Below, one piece after another: positions 25,153-34,768 of a stretch of 40,911 nt of DNA. Each line of letters begins with the position of its first letter. The first letter of the stretch is position 1. The translations under genes were made by a program, and so were the position numbers. Where the stretch lies: assembly GCA_022824725.1 (NCBI GenBank), contig JAJDZH010000178.1, positions 1-40,911 of the forward strand. Direction: 5' to 3'. This stretch comes from Thermoanaerobaculia bacterium (lineage in GTDB: Bacteria > Acidobacteriota > Thermoanaerobaculia > Multivoradales > Multivoraceae). The notes beneath the pieces were generated by a model, which made no database searches, was not told where the DNA came from, and saw only the letters and a list, made by a program, of their open reading frames with translations.

Positions 25153-25467
25153 TCAGTTGACGCGCCCGGACGGCTCCGTCGGGTCGGGCGCTTCCTCGAT
25201 CACTCCGTGGACCTCCTCGTAGCGCCGGAGATTCGTGCCCAGGGCCCGTATGATCCGCTTGAGATGCCCGGGACTGGTCACGATCCGGGCGCTGACGATG
25301 CCCTGAGGCGGAACCACGTTGATGAAGTCGAGGATGAACTCCTCGCGGGTGTGGGTGATGCGCAACAGGTTGGAGTAGGCCCCCTTCAGCTCGGCGTCGC
25401 CGATCTTGACGTTGATCGACGAGGACGCATCCTGGTCGGCCGGTCCTTCCTTGGGTTGGTCGCTCAT
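25153..25467 (-). CDS. DUF3467 family small protein
   Basis: GAYSNLLRITHTREEFILDF...ARIVTSPGHLKRIIRAL..NLRRYE..HG.I pattern; ATG 25467 overlaps the wzt stop (ATGA). Confidence 0.85.
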   Translation of the reverse strand: MSDQPKEGPADQDASSSINVKIGDAELKGAYSNLLRITHTREEFILDFINVVPPQGIVSARIVTSPGHLKRIIRALGTNLRRYEEVHGVIEEAPDPTEPSGRVN

Positions 25468-26804
25468 TCGATCCTCCGTTGGTCGCCGGCCTGTTGGCCG
25501 GGCGAAAGCCAGTCGATGTCGGTCCGCGCAGCCAGCGTCTCCACCTGCCACTCGTGGTCGGGAAGGTAGAGGCCGATGCTCCTCAGCGACGTGCTCTCCG
25601 TCACCGTGAACCGGAGCGCGCGGCGGCGGTAATCGTACGCCCTGCCGTCGCGGGCGTGAACCGCGACATCCACGGTGTACTCGCCCGGCGCCAGCCGCAA
25701 CTCCGGACAGACGAGCCGGACCCGCACCGGCCCGGCGAGAGAGCGCGGTTCGTAGCCGGCCAGATCGGTGTTCGTGCCCCAGCAGTCGACGCCCCGCGGC
25801 GTCTTGACGCCGACGCCGAAGACGAAGTCGGACAGTTCCTCTCTTGGTTCGACGTCGAGCTCGAAGGCCACCGCTTCCCCGCAGTGGACGTGGTAGCGCT
25901 CCTGCCGCTCGTCGCCGGCCAGCAGGCGCGCCGCCAGGATCTCGGCCTGCCCCGAACCCCAGCGCGCGACCTCCTCGGCAGCGTCCGCGGGCGCGGTCGT
26001 GGCGTGCTCGCCTTCCTCCGACTGGCGGCGCCGGTCGTGGGCCTCGCCCTCGCGGGCCGCCACCGACTCCAGGTAGGCGTCGATGACTCGTCGCGTCGAC
26101 CCCAGGCCCCGGACCCGCCCGCCGTCCAGCCACATCGCCCGGTCGCAGATCTCGTCGATCAGCGTCATCGTGTGGCTGACGACGAGCAGGGTGCCGCCCC
26201 CGGCCAGGTGCTCCTCGATCCGCGCCAGGCAGCGGTGAACGAACTCCTCGTCGCCGACGGCGAGGACCTCGTCGACCAGGAGCACTTCCGGGTCGGTGTG
26301 AATGGCGACCGAGAAGCCGAGCCGCACGTACATGCCGGAGGAGTAGTACTTGATCGGCTCCTCGATGAAGTCGCCGAGACCCGCGAACTCCACGATGTCG
26401 TCGTAGCGCTGCTCGATCCGCCGCCGGCTCAGCCCGAGCAGCGCCCCGTTGATGAAGATGTTCTCCCGGCCGGAGATCTCGGGATGAAAGCCCGCGCCGA
26501 GCTCGATCAGGGCCGCGACCCGTCCGTTCACCGAGAGTTCGCCGGAAGTCGGCGGCAGCAGACCGGCCACGAGCTTGATCAGCGTCGACTTTCCCGAACC
26601 GTTGCCGCCGATGATCCCCACCGCCTCCCCGGCCGCGACCTCGAAGCTGACGTCGGTCAGGGCCTCGACGACTTCACCCGAGGCCAGGCCCCCGGTCAGG
26701 CTGCCTTCGAGCAGCGCGCTCTTCAGCGTCCGCAGCCGGTAGCCGCCGGCGGCGCGCCGGTACCGCTTGCACAGGCCGCTCGCCGCAACCGCCGGCGGGC
26801 TCAA
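25464..26804 (-). CDS. wzt: Polysaccharide-export ABC transporter ATPase (Wzt/TagH-like) with C-terminal Wzt_C carbohydrate-binding domain
   Basis: GGNGSGKST, LGAGFHPEISGREN, YSSGMYVRLGF and VDEVLAVGD, plus a C-terminal beta-rich extension (RWGSG...LAPGEYTVDVAVH). Probable TTG start at 26804. Confidence 0.9.
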   Translation of the reverse strand: MSPPAVAASGLCKRYRRAAGGYRLRTLKSALLEGSLTGGLASGEVVEALTDVSFEVAAGEAVGIIGGNGSGKSTLIKLVAGLLPPTSGELSVNGRVAALIELGAGFHPEISGRENIFINGALLGLSRRRIEQRYDDIVEFAGLGDFIEEPIKYYSSGMYVRLGFSVAIHTDPEVLLVDEVLAVGDEEFVHRCLARIEEHLAGGGTLLVVSHTMTLIDEICDRAMWLDGGRVRGLGSTRRVIDAYLESVAAREGEAHDRRRQSEEGEHATTAPADAAEEVARWGSGQAEILAARLLAGDERQERYHVHCGEAVAFELDVEPREELSDFVFGVGVKTPRGVDCWGTNTDLAGYEPRSLAGPVRVRLVCPELRLAPGEYTVDVAVHARDGRAYDYRRRALRFTVTESTSLRSIGLYLPDHEWQVETLAARTDIDWLSPGQQAGDQRRIE

Positions 26805-26805
26805 C

Positions 26806-27606
26806 TCAGACCGCCTCGGCCAGGGTGTCGGAGAGGCGCGAGAAGAGGCCGGCGCCCGCCACCCACGACACGGCGGCGATCGCGGCCATGATCGCCCACA
26901 CATGAAGTTCGGGCAGGCGGCCGAAGAACAGGAGGTCCTGCGTCGCGGTGGTGAACGAAGTCATCGGATTCAGTTGCACCACCTTCGCGAACCGTGGTGG
27001 CAGGTCGCTCAGGGTGTAGATGATCGGCGCGAGGAAGAAGGCGAGGACGAGCAGGTTGCCGAGAAGATCTCGCACGTCCTTGAAGTGAACGCAGAGAGCC
27101 GAGAGGGCGAAGGCGAGGCCGGCCACCATGACCAGTTCGATCGCCAGAACGGCAGGCAGCAGGACGGCCGTCCAGCCGGAGATCGGATAGCCGAGCAGCC
27201 GGCCGGCGACCAGGGCGACCCCAACGATCGGCAGCGCCAGGAGGAAATGCACCAGGTTCGCCGCCACCGCCACCGCCGGCAGCACCTCGACCGGAAACAC
27301 GGCCTTCCGGATCAGGCCTCCGTTGGCCGTAAGCGACGTGCAGCCTTCCAGCAACGAGGTGGAGACCCAGATCCAGGGGAACAGACCGGTCACGAGAAAC
27401 ACGCCGTACGGCTCGACCGCCACCAGGTCCGAGCGCTTCAGGATCATGCCGAAGACGAACGAGTAGACGGCGAGCAGCAGGAGGGGATTGAGCAGGGACC
27501 ACAGGAACCCCAGGACGCTTCCCCGGTAGCGGGCGCGCAGCTCCCGCATGACCAGAGTCCAGAGGAGGCTGCGGTAGCGGACCAGCGTTCGGGCCAAGTC
27601 GACCAT
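26806..27606 (-). CDS. wzm: Polysaccharide-export ABC transporter permease (Wzm/TagG-like)
   Basis: RELRARYRGSVLGFLWSLLNPL, LIRKAVFP, FFLAPIIY and LNPMT; start reassigned to ATG 27606. Confidence 0.92.
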   Translation of the reverse strand: MVDLARTLVRYRSLLWTLVMRELRARYRGSVLGFLWSLLNPLLLLAVYSFVFGMILKRSDLVAVEPYGVFLVTGLFPWIWVSTSLLEGCTSLTANGGLIRKAVFPVEVLPAVAVAANLVHFLLALPIVGVALVAGRLLGYPISGWTAVLLPAVLAIELVMVAGLAFALSALCVHFKDVRDLLGNLLVLAFFLAPIIYTLSDLPPRFAKVVQLNPMTSFTTATQDLLFFGRLPELHVWAIMAAIAAVSWVAGAGLFSRLSDTLAEAV

Positions 27607-27619
27607 TGCCGCGAGCATC

Positions 27620-29851
27620 TTACGCGGGTGCGCGGGCCGGACCGGCGGTCGCGCACTCGAGGTACACCGGCGCCCCGGCAAGCACGGCGGGAACCCGGTC
27701 GAGTTCCCGTCCATCGCGGTCGCGCACCGCGCGCACCTCTCTCCGCGGCCGGTAGGAGCGACCGCGGCCGTCCAGCGCCCAGACGACCCGGATCTCGCGC
27801 CCCTCCCGAAGCGCCCGGTAGCCGCGCAGCCCTGAAGGCATCCGCAGGCGCAGGACCTCCGCGCCGGCCAGTTCGCGCTGGAGTTGACGCAGGGCGAGCC
27901 AGGCCGGGCGCCGCCGGAGGCCGTCGCCCCGCGGGTCGAGTAATCCGTAACCCGCGGCCGCCAACTGCCACCAGTAGACGCGCTCCGCCAGACCGCTGCC
28001 CAGCGCCTCCAGGGCGTAGCGGACCAGGTAGCTGGCCTGGGCGTCCTCGTCGACGGCGACATCGCGGCCGGCGGGGGCATGCGGACCCTCGGCGAGCGGC
28101 CAGTTGAACTCGGTGACCCAGCTCCTCTCCGACGCGCAGTCCGGCGCCCTGCGAGCCAGGGAGCGCAGAACCGCCAGCTTGCCGGCGAGGTCGAAGCCGA
28201 GCTGGCGGTTCTCTGGCGCGCCCCGCCGGTCGACGTAGAGCTGGCTCGCCAGAACATCGAACCGGCGCTCCGGCTGTCCCGAGTGGATCAGAGCCGCTGT
28301 CGCGTGAGGCTCGAAGTCGATCACCGCGGGTGCGAGAACGCAGGCGTCGCGGCACTGGGCCCGTACGGCCTCGGCGCCGGCCGCCAGCAGGTTCCAGTAG
28401 TCCCCGGGCCGCCAGACGCCCCACTTGCTGCGATTGGGCGCCTGGCCGATCAGGAACCGGCGCCCGCAGGGAGCGAGCGCGGCCGCGGCTTCCTCGACCC
28501 GCCGCCGCCAGAGCCCGGCGTCCCGAACCAGCGACCGGTCCTGGCTGAACTGGAACACCAGGTCGACCGGCCGCTCGCCACGGCGGAGAGTCCGCGCCAG
28601 TTCCAGCAGATCGCGGTCGACGCCCTGCCAGAGGTGGAAGCGCAGGAGCACGGTCTCGACTCCGAGCTCCTCGATCGCCTCGGCCAGGGAAGGGACCGGG
28701 GCCGAGCCGGGCCCGATCGCGACGCCCAGGCCGCCGAAGGGAACCGGCGCCGGCGCGCGGTCGAGGGCACGCCTGACGCGACGCGCCTCCGCGACCGACA
28801 GGAGCAGCGGTCCGGCGGATCGAAGCAGCGGCCTAGCGTGGTGGCCGGCGTCGCGCAGGCGCACGCCCAGGCGCTGGCCGCGGCTGGCCTGCTGATGCGG
28901 CTGATCGGTCAGTGGATCCCAGACCGTGCGCTCGGTGGCCGTGGCCCCGCGTTCCGCATCGGGAACGTGGGGGTGGGCGCGGCGCCGCGGCAGGAGGAGA
29001 TCGGACAGACGCCGCAGGCCCCGGCGCGCGCCCTGCTTCGATCCCAGCTTGAGACGGAACGCGCGGTGGCAGGTCTCGAACCAGATTCGCTGAAGCCGCG
29101 GCAAACCGCCCGGCCGGTAGCCGGCCAGGTACTCGGCGCGATCCTCCGGCCGCAGCACCGGCATCCGGCTCAGGTCCCTCAGTCGCTGACTGGTCGACAG
29201 CCGTCGGCGAAAACGGGCGCGGTTCAGGTCGACCAGGAAGAGTTCCGCGTCGGTCGTCGCTTCCGACAGGAGGACGTTGCCGGAGGTCAGATCCCTGAAC
29301 CAGACGCCGTGACGGTGCAGTTCCGCGGCCAGCGCCCCGACCCGCCGCAACAGGGTCGGACCGTGGATTCCGGGAAACCGCTCGGGGCCGTCGCCGCCGT
29401 TCAGGGCCCGCAGGACGTAGCGCAACTCCAGCGCGTCCGGCACCAGGCGGCAGACGTACCAGGCGGGACCGTCGATGGTGTTCGATTCCGCGTAGAGGAG
29501 CGGTTCCGGCGTCGGGATCCCGAGACGCCGGAAGCGGACCGCGGCCCGGAAGCTCAGACGAGCCCGGCTGCCCCGGCGGCGGCGGCGGAGCCGCGCGTGC
29601 AGATCATCGTGGCGGAATTGCTTGACGACCACGGCCGTCTCGGCCGCCTCCGCGGGCCCTCGCCAGCCGGCTTCGTAGAGGTAGCTGCGTCCCCAATGCA
29701 GGCTGCGCCGGCCGCTCCCCGGGTCCAGCAGCCGGCGCAGGGCCTCCTCGAAGCCGGCGCCCAGGTCACCGTCCACGGCGGTCGGCGTGACCGCGCCGGT
29801 GAGGTCGTCGAACTCGAACCGGCGTTCCGGTCCTTCGGCCCTGGCCGTCAA
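27620..29851 (-). CDS. Fusion of an LPS-kinase-like (Kdo/WaaP/InaA) domain and a clan GH-A-like TIM-barrel domain
   Basis: Kinase part: VVVKQF, GIPTPEPL, VWFRDLTSGNVLL, LVDLNRARF. GH-like part: IGQAPNR, FDVLASQLY, WVTEFNW, ERVYWWQL. Probable TTG start at 29851 overlaps the rng stop (TTGA). Confidence 0.75.
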   Translation of the reverse strand: MTARAEGPERRFEFDDLTGAVTPTAVDGDLGAGFEEALRRLLDPGSGRRSLHWGRSYLYEAGWRGPAEAAETAVVVKQFRHDDLHARLRRRRRGSRARLSFRAAVRFRRLGIPTPEPLLYAESNTIDGPAWYVCRLVPDALELRYVLRALNGGDGPERFPGIHGPTLLRRVGALAAELHRHGVWFRDLTSGNVLLSEATTDAELFLVDLNRARFRRRLSTSQRLRDLSRMPVLRPEDRAEYLAGYRPGGLPRLQRIWFETCHRAFRLKLGSKQGARRGLRRLSDLLLPRRRAHPHVPDAERGATATERTVWDPLTDQPHQQASRGQRLGVRLRDAGHHARPLLRSAGPLLLSVAEARRVRRALDRAPAPVPFGGLGVAIGPGSAPVPSLAEAIEELGVETVLLRFHLWQGVDRDLLELARTLRRGERPVDLVFQFSQDRSLVRDAGLWRRRVEEAAAALAPCGRRFLIGQAPNRSKWGVWRPGDYWNLLAAGAEAVRAQCRDACVLAPAVIDFEPHATAALIHSGQPERRFDVLASQLYVDRRGAPENRQLGFDLAGKLAVLRSLARRAPDCASERSWVTEFNWPLAEGPHAPAGRDVAVDEDAQASYLVRYALEALGSGLAERVYWWQLAAAGYGLLDPRGDGLRRRPAWLALRQLQRELAGAEVLRLRMPSGLRGYRALREGREIRVVWALDGRGRSYRPRREVRAVRDRDGRELDRVPAVLAGAPVYLECATAGPARAPA

Positions 29852-31314
29852 GGCCCTTCGATCTCGGTTACGACGAAGCGCTCCCGGTCGAGGTCCGGAT
29901 CCGCCCGCAGCAGGATGGGGACGTCGAACGCTCCCTGCATCCCGTCCAGCACGTCCGATTCGGAACCGTTCAGGCCGTCCAGCACCTCCGGGTGGACCCT
30001 CACCGCCAACTGGCGGCAACCGCGGCCGGCGCGCGCCAGACAGGTTCGCCGCAACTCCAGGCAGATCGTCGCGACGGACTTGATCCGGCCCCGGCCCCGG
30101 CAGGTCGGGCAGGGCCCCATGAGCGCCCGCTCCAGGTTCTCGCGCCGCCTCTGCCGGGTGAGTTGAACCAGGCCGAACTCCGAGATCTCGAGCACCCGCT
30201 TCCGGGCGCGGTCCTTCCGCAGCTCCAGCTCGAGCCGCGCGAACACCGCGCGACGATCTTCTTCGTGCTCCATGTCGATCAGGTCGATGACGAGGATGCC
30301 GGACAGGTCCCGCAGCCGTATCTGGCGCACGGCTTCCGCCACCGCCTCGAGATTGGTCCGGAGGACGGTGTCGCGGAAACCGCCGGAGCCGACATCGCGG
30401 CCGGAGTTCACGTCGATGGCCACCAGCGCCTCGGTCTGGTTGATGACCAGGTAGCCGCCGGAGGGCAGCGGCGCCCGCGGCTCCAGCGCGGCGTCGACGG
30501 CGGCGTCGATCCGGTAGCGATCGAACAGGCCGCGACGGCTCTTCTCCAGCCTCGTCACGAGTTCCGGCTGGACCCGCCCGAGGTACTCGCGGATGACCCT
30601 GTGCGCATCGGCGCCGTCGACCAGCAGGGCGCCGAAGTCCTCGCCGAAGTGGTCGCGAATCACCCGTACCGCGAGTTCTTCCTCCTGGTGGAGCAATGCC
30701 GGGGCCGCGGTCGCGGCCGCCCGCCCCTCGATCTCCCGCCAGACCTCCGCCAGAAGCTCGTACTCCCTCCCCAGGTCCTCCGCCGGCGCCCCCTCCGCCG
30801 CCGTGCGCACGATGCACCCCGTCGCTTCGAGCGCGTCGCCCCACCCTTCCATGACCGCCGTCTTCAGACGCGCCCGTTCGTCCGGATCCTCGATCCGCCT
30901 GGAGATTCCCAACCGACCGGCCAGCGGCGTCAGCACCAGGTACCGGCCGGGAAGCGTGATCTCGGTCGTGACCCGCGGTCCCTTGTCCGCCAGTCTTTCC
31001 CTGGCGATCTGAACGACGATTTCCTGGCCCCGCCGCGGGATGCCGGGGCTCATCCGCCGGCCGTCTCCGCCTGGCGCTCCCGACTCGTCGCCCGCCATCT
31101 CCTCGAGGTACAGGTAGCCGTCCCGTTCCAGTCCCAGATCGACGAAGGCAGCCCTCATGCCGGGAAGAACCCGCCGTACCCTCCCCTTGTAGATGTTGCC
31201 CACGAAGCCGCGGCCACGATGGCGCTCGACGAAGAACTCCACCAGCCGGCCGGCCTCGAGGACGGCAAGGCGGGTCTGGTGCGGGTCGCCTTCGACCAGA
31301 AGCTCCCTGTGCAT
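29848..31314 (-). CDS. rng: Ribonuclease G (Rne/Rng family)
   Basis: S1 domain GNIYKGRV...AAFVDLG, catalytic IDVNSG and IDLIDM, and CPTC Zn-link; start reassigned to ATG 31314. Confidence 0.93.
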   Translation of the reverse strand: MHRELLVEGDPHQTRLAVLEAGRLVEFFVERHRGRGFVGNIYKGRVRRVLPGMRAAFVDLGLERDGYLYLEEMAGDESGAPGGDGRRMSPGIPRRGQEIVVQIARERLADKGPRVTTEITLPGRYLVLTPLAGRLGISRRIEDPDERARLKTAVMEGWGDALEATGCIVRTAAEGAPAEDLGREYELLAEVWREIEGRAAATAAPALLHQEEELAVRVIRDHFGEDFGALLVDGADAHRVIREYLGRVQPELVTRLEKSRRGLFDRYRIDAAVDAALEPRAPLPSGGYLVINQTEALVAIDVNSGRDVGSGGFRDTVLRTNLEAVAEAVRQIRLRDLSGILVIDLIDMEHEEDRRAVFARLELELRKDRARKRVLEISEFGLVQLTRQRRRENLERALMGPCPTCRGRGRIKSVATICLELRRTCLARAGRGCRQLAVRVHPEVLDGLNGSESDVLDGMQGAFDVPILLRADPDLDRERFVVTEIEGP

Positions 31315-31346
31315 GTCGGTGCCGGCGGCCGCCCCTGACGGCCCGC

Positions 31347-32462
31347 TCAGATGTTGACGAAGCGCTGAACGTCGACGCGGATCATCAACCCGGTGGCCGC
31401 ACAACAGAAGAGCATGAAGGAGCCGCCGTAGCTGAGGAAGGGCAGCGGGATGCCGGTGATCGGAAGCAGACCGACCACCATCGCCGTATTGTAGAGAACG
31501 TGGCCCGCAATGAAGGCGAGCAGGCCGACGACGAGCAGCATGCCGGCCGGGTCTCGCGCGGCCAGGGCCGCGCGCACGCCGTTTCCCAGGTAGAGGAGGA
31601 GCAGCCCCAGGACGACGGTGACGCCCATGAACCCGTACTCCTCACCCAGCACGGCGAACACGAAATCGGTGTGAGGCGTCGGCAGAAACTGCAGATTCGA
31701 CTGCGTGCCCTCGCCGTATCCCTTGCCCAGCATCTGGCCTGAGCCGATGGCGATGCGGCTCTGGCGCACCTGGTAGCCCGACCCGAGCGGGTCCGCGCCG
31801 GGCCTGAAGAAGCTGGACACCCGGTCCTTCTGGTAGTCCTGCAGGGCGAAGACCCAGATGGCGCCCGCGACCATCGCGGCCACCCCCAGCGCGATCAGGG
31901 CGGACCGGAGCCTGAGGCCGGCGACGATAGCCATCGCTGCGAGCATCGGCACGAACATCAGGGCGCCGCCCATGTCCGGCTGCAGGGCGATCAGCAGCAC
32001 CGGCGCCACGACGAAAGCCGAGGCCGCCCAAAGCCAGTCGCGAGGCGCCACCGGCGCCTGGGCTTCCGCCATGTGCCGGGCCAGCAGGAGAACCGTCGCG
32101 ATCTTGCAGAAGTCCGACGGCTGACCGCCGAAACCGCCGATACCGATCCAGCTCCGTGCCCCGCCCGCTTCGTGGCCGAAGAAGGTCACCGCGGCGAGTA
32201 CCGCCACCGCCGCCAGGTAGATCCAGAAGGCGTAGCGGAGCAGGAACGTGTAGTCGACCGCGGCGGCCGCCGTCATGACCAGCAGACCCAGAACGATCCA
32301 CGCCGACTGGCGCACTTCGTAGTCCGTGTTCATGTCCGCGGAGGCACTGGAAATGACGACCAGGCCGATCACCGACAACGCCAGCGCCGACCCGGCGAGC
32401 AGCCAGGTGACGGACCGGACCCGGCGCAGCAGATGCCAGCGATCAGGTTCCCGCGGCAGCAC
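31347..32462 (-). CDS. rodA: Rod shape-determining protein RodA
   Basis: GARSWI, QPDMG, GYQVRQSRIAIGSG, HTDFVFAVLGEE and PITGIPLPFLSYGGS; GTG 32462 has a GAGGA SD. Confidence 0.95.
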   Translation of the reverse strand: MLPREPDRWHLLRRVRSVTWLLAGSALALSVIGLVVISSASADMNTDYEVRQSAWIVLGLLVMTAAAAVDYTFLLRYAFWIYLAAVAVLAAVTFFGHEAGGARSWIGIGGFGGQPSDFCKIATVLLLARHMAEAQAPVAPRDWLWAASAFVVAPVLLIALQPDMGGALMFVPMLAAMAIVAGLRLRSALIALGVAAMVAGAIWVFALQDYQKDRVSSFFRPGADPLGSGYQVRQSRIAIGSGQMLGKGYGEGTQSNLQFLPTPHTDFVFAVLGEEYGFMGVTVVLGLLLLYLGNGVRAALAARDPAGMLLVVGLLAFIAGHVLYNTAMVVGLLPITGIPLPFLSYGGSFMLFCCAATGLMIRVDVQRFVNI

Positions 32463-34242
32463 CGAAGTGATCCTCGAGCAACTCTCTCGCCAGCGGCGCC
32501 GCCGCTTCCGAGCCCCTGCCCCCGTTCTCGACGAAGACGACGACCACCAGCTCCGGCGCGTCCACCGGAGCGTAGGAGGTGAACCAGGCGTGGTCGGCCT
32601 GATCGGGCGGGAGATCCTCCGAGCGGATCCAGGTCTCCTGCGCGACGACCTGGGCGGTTCCCGTCTTGCCCGCGACGGCCACCACCGGCGTTCTGGCACC
32701 GCGTCCGGTTCCGTTCGCGACGACGTTGGCGAGCGCTTCGGCGACGAAGGCGATCACTTCGGCATCCAGGCCGAGCGGCTCGGGAGGCTCCCCGCCGCCC
32801 GCGACCAGGTACGGGCGCACCCGGAACCCCCCGTTCGCCACCGCGGCGGTCATCACCGCCACCTGCAGCGGCGAAGTCAGCAGCGGCCCCTGGCCTATCG
32901 CGACCGAGACCGTCTCGCCCGGATACCACGGATAGCCTCGCCGATCCCTGCTCCACTCGGAGTCGGGCACGAGACCCTCGCTCTCGCCGGGGAGTTCGAC
33001 TCCCGTTCGGCCACCCAGCCCGAGCCGGCGGGCGTAGGCGGCGATCACCTCGATTCCGATCTTGACGCCCTGCCGGTAGAAATAGACGTCGCAGGAGTGC
33101 TGCAGGGCCCCGCGCAGATCGACGAAGCCGTGCCCACGCCGCTGCCAGCAACGCCAGCGGCGGTCGTAGAGCCGGGTCGCGCCGTTGCAGTAGACCCGTT
33201 CCTCGGGGTCAAGCAGTCCCTCCGCGAGACCCGCCACCGCCATCACGATCTTGAACACCGAGCCCGGCGGGTAGGTGTTCTGGATCGCGCGGTTCTGCAG
33301 GGGCTTTCCCGGTGCGTCGACGATCCGGTCCCAGTCCTCCTGGCTCAGCCGGCCGGCGAAGCGGTTCGGGTCGAACGACGGCGAGGAGACCATCGCCCGC
33401 ACCGCGCCGTCGCGGGGGTCGAGCGCGACAATCGCGCCGGCCTTGTCCGCCAGCAGGCTCTCGGCCAATTGCTGCAGCCGCAGGTCGATCGTCAGGGTCA
33501 CGGACTCGCCGGGCTCGGCGTCCGCCCGTTGCACGTCCTCGCCCATCAGGCGGCCCCGGCTGTCGACGACCACGATCCGTTCCCCGTGGTTTCCGCGCAG
33601 CCGGCGATCCCGCAGCAGTTCCACGCCGCTGCGGCCTACCAGATCCCCGGCCGCCAGAGAGTCGTCGCGGTCGTGTTCGGCTGGAGTGGGTTCACCCAGA
33701 TAGCCCACCACATGAGCTGTCTGAAAACTGTGCCGGTACAGCCGGCGCCTCGACGTGGAGATCTCGAACTCCGGATGCTCGGGCTCCGAGACCTCGAACC
33801 GGGCGACCTGGGTCAGCTCCAGGTCCTCGGCCAGCAGCACGGGCACCTCCCGGGCCACGCCCCGATGACGCTCCAGCGCGGCCCTGAGCTCCCGCTCCTC
33901 CCGGCCGAGGATCCCGGCCGCGAAGGCCAGACTGGCGCCAAGGTCCGCGCTCTCGCCGCGGTCGATCATCAAGCGGAAAGTGGGCGTGTTCTCGACCAGG
34001 ATCCGCCCCGAGCGGTCGTAGATCAGGCCCCTCGGCGCGTCCAGTCGCAGCACCCGCAGCCGGTTGTTCTCGGCCAGACGTTCGTAGTGCTCCGCCCGAA
34101 TGATCTGGTGATACCAGTAGGCGCCGATCACGACCGCCAGGGCCACGCCCAGCACGCCGCACAGCCATCTGAGCCGGACGGCCATGTTCAGCAGGACCCA
34201 ATCCACGCTGTACTCGCCGGTGGGGTTCCGCAGACTCATCAT
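32443..34242 (-). CDS. mrdA: Penicillin-binding protein 2
   Basis: APRGLIYDR, SxxK (PGSVFK), SCD and KTGT motifs; lies between mreD and rodA. Confidence 0.95.
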   Translation of the reverse strand: MMSLRNPTGEYSVDWVLLNMAVRLRWLCGVLGVALAVVIGAYWYHQIIRAEHYERLAENNRLRVLRLDAPRGLIYDRSGRILVENTPTFRLMIDRGESADLGASLAFAAGILGREERELRAALERHRGVAREVPVLLAEDLELTQVARFEVSEPEHPEFEISTSRRRLYRHSFQTAHVVGYLGEPTPAEHDRDDSLAAGDLVGRSGVELLRDRRLRGNHGERIVVVDSRGRLMGEDVQRADAEPGESVTLTIDLRLQQLAESLLADKAGAIVALDPRDGAVRAMVSSPSFDPNRFAGRLSQEDWDRIVDAPGKPLQNRAIQNTYPPGSVFKIVMAVAGLAEGLLDPEERVYCNGATRLYDRRWRCWQRRGHGFVDLRGALQHSCDVYFYRQGVKIGIEVIAAYARRLGLGGRTGVELPGESEGLVPDSEWSRDRRGYPWYPGETVSVAIGQGPLLTSPLQVAVMTAAVANGGFRVRPYLVAGGGEPPEPLGLDAEVIAFVAEALANVVANGTGRGARTPVVAVAGKTGTAQVVAQETWIRSEDLPPDQADHAWFTSYAPVDAPELVVVVFVENGGRGSEAAAPLARELLEDHFGAAAGT

Positions 34243-34255
34243 GTGCCCTTCGCGG

Positions 34256-34768
34256 TCATCGCGGACGCTCCCTCCGCCGCTTCAGGGTACGCCGTTCATC
34301 GACCCAGGCCTGGGCGCGGTTGAACAGCCACAGGCCCGGCAGGCCGACGGCGGTCGTCGCGGCCACGCGCAGCGGAACGACCGCGCCGCCCAACCCGCCG
34401 ACTTCCAGAAACCTGAGCAGGCCGAGAACGATCGCCTGATGCACCAGCGTACCCACCGCGACCAGGAGCAGCACCACCGTCTGCTGGCCGGTGTCCACGC
34501 GCTGCGACAGGCGGGCGACTCCGTAGCCCACGACGCAGCAGGCGAGGCCGTGAAGGCCGAACGGCGAGGTGCTCAGCGTGTCCTGAACCAGGCCCGCGAC
34601 CAGGCCGCCCGCGACGCCCTGGAGCGAGTTGCCGGCCAGGCTGCCGAGCACGACCAGGAGCACGAAGAGGTCGATCGTCCGCCCGGCCGCCGGCAGCACT
34701 TCGGCCAGCAGCAACTCGACCAGCGACACCAGGGCCAGACTGGCGGCGAACCTAGCGGCCCACGGCAT
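34256..34768 (-). CDS. mreD: Rod shape-determining protein MreD
   Basis: Small hydrophobic protein with GLVQDTLS..PFG; lies between mreC and mrdA; start reassigned to ATG 34768. Confidence 0.88.
   Translation of the reverse strand: MPWAARFAASLALVSLVELLLAEVLPAAGRTIDLFVLLVVLGSLAGNSLQGVAGGLVAGLVQDTLSTSPFGLHGLACCVVGYGVARLSQRVDTGQQTVVLLLVAVGTLVHQAIVLGLLRFLEVGGLGGAVVPLRVAATTAVGLPGLWLFNRAQAWVDERRTLKRRRERPR

Noticed and set aside
29852-30844. Apparent 331-aa N-terminal extension making the kinase-GH ORF 1074 aa
   Set aside because: It overlaps rng in another frame and is low-complexity shadow sequence; the TTG at 29851 overlapping the rng stop is the more plausible start.
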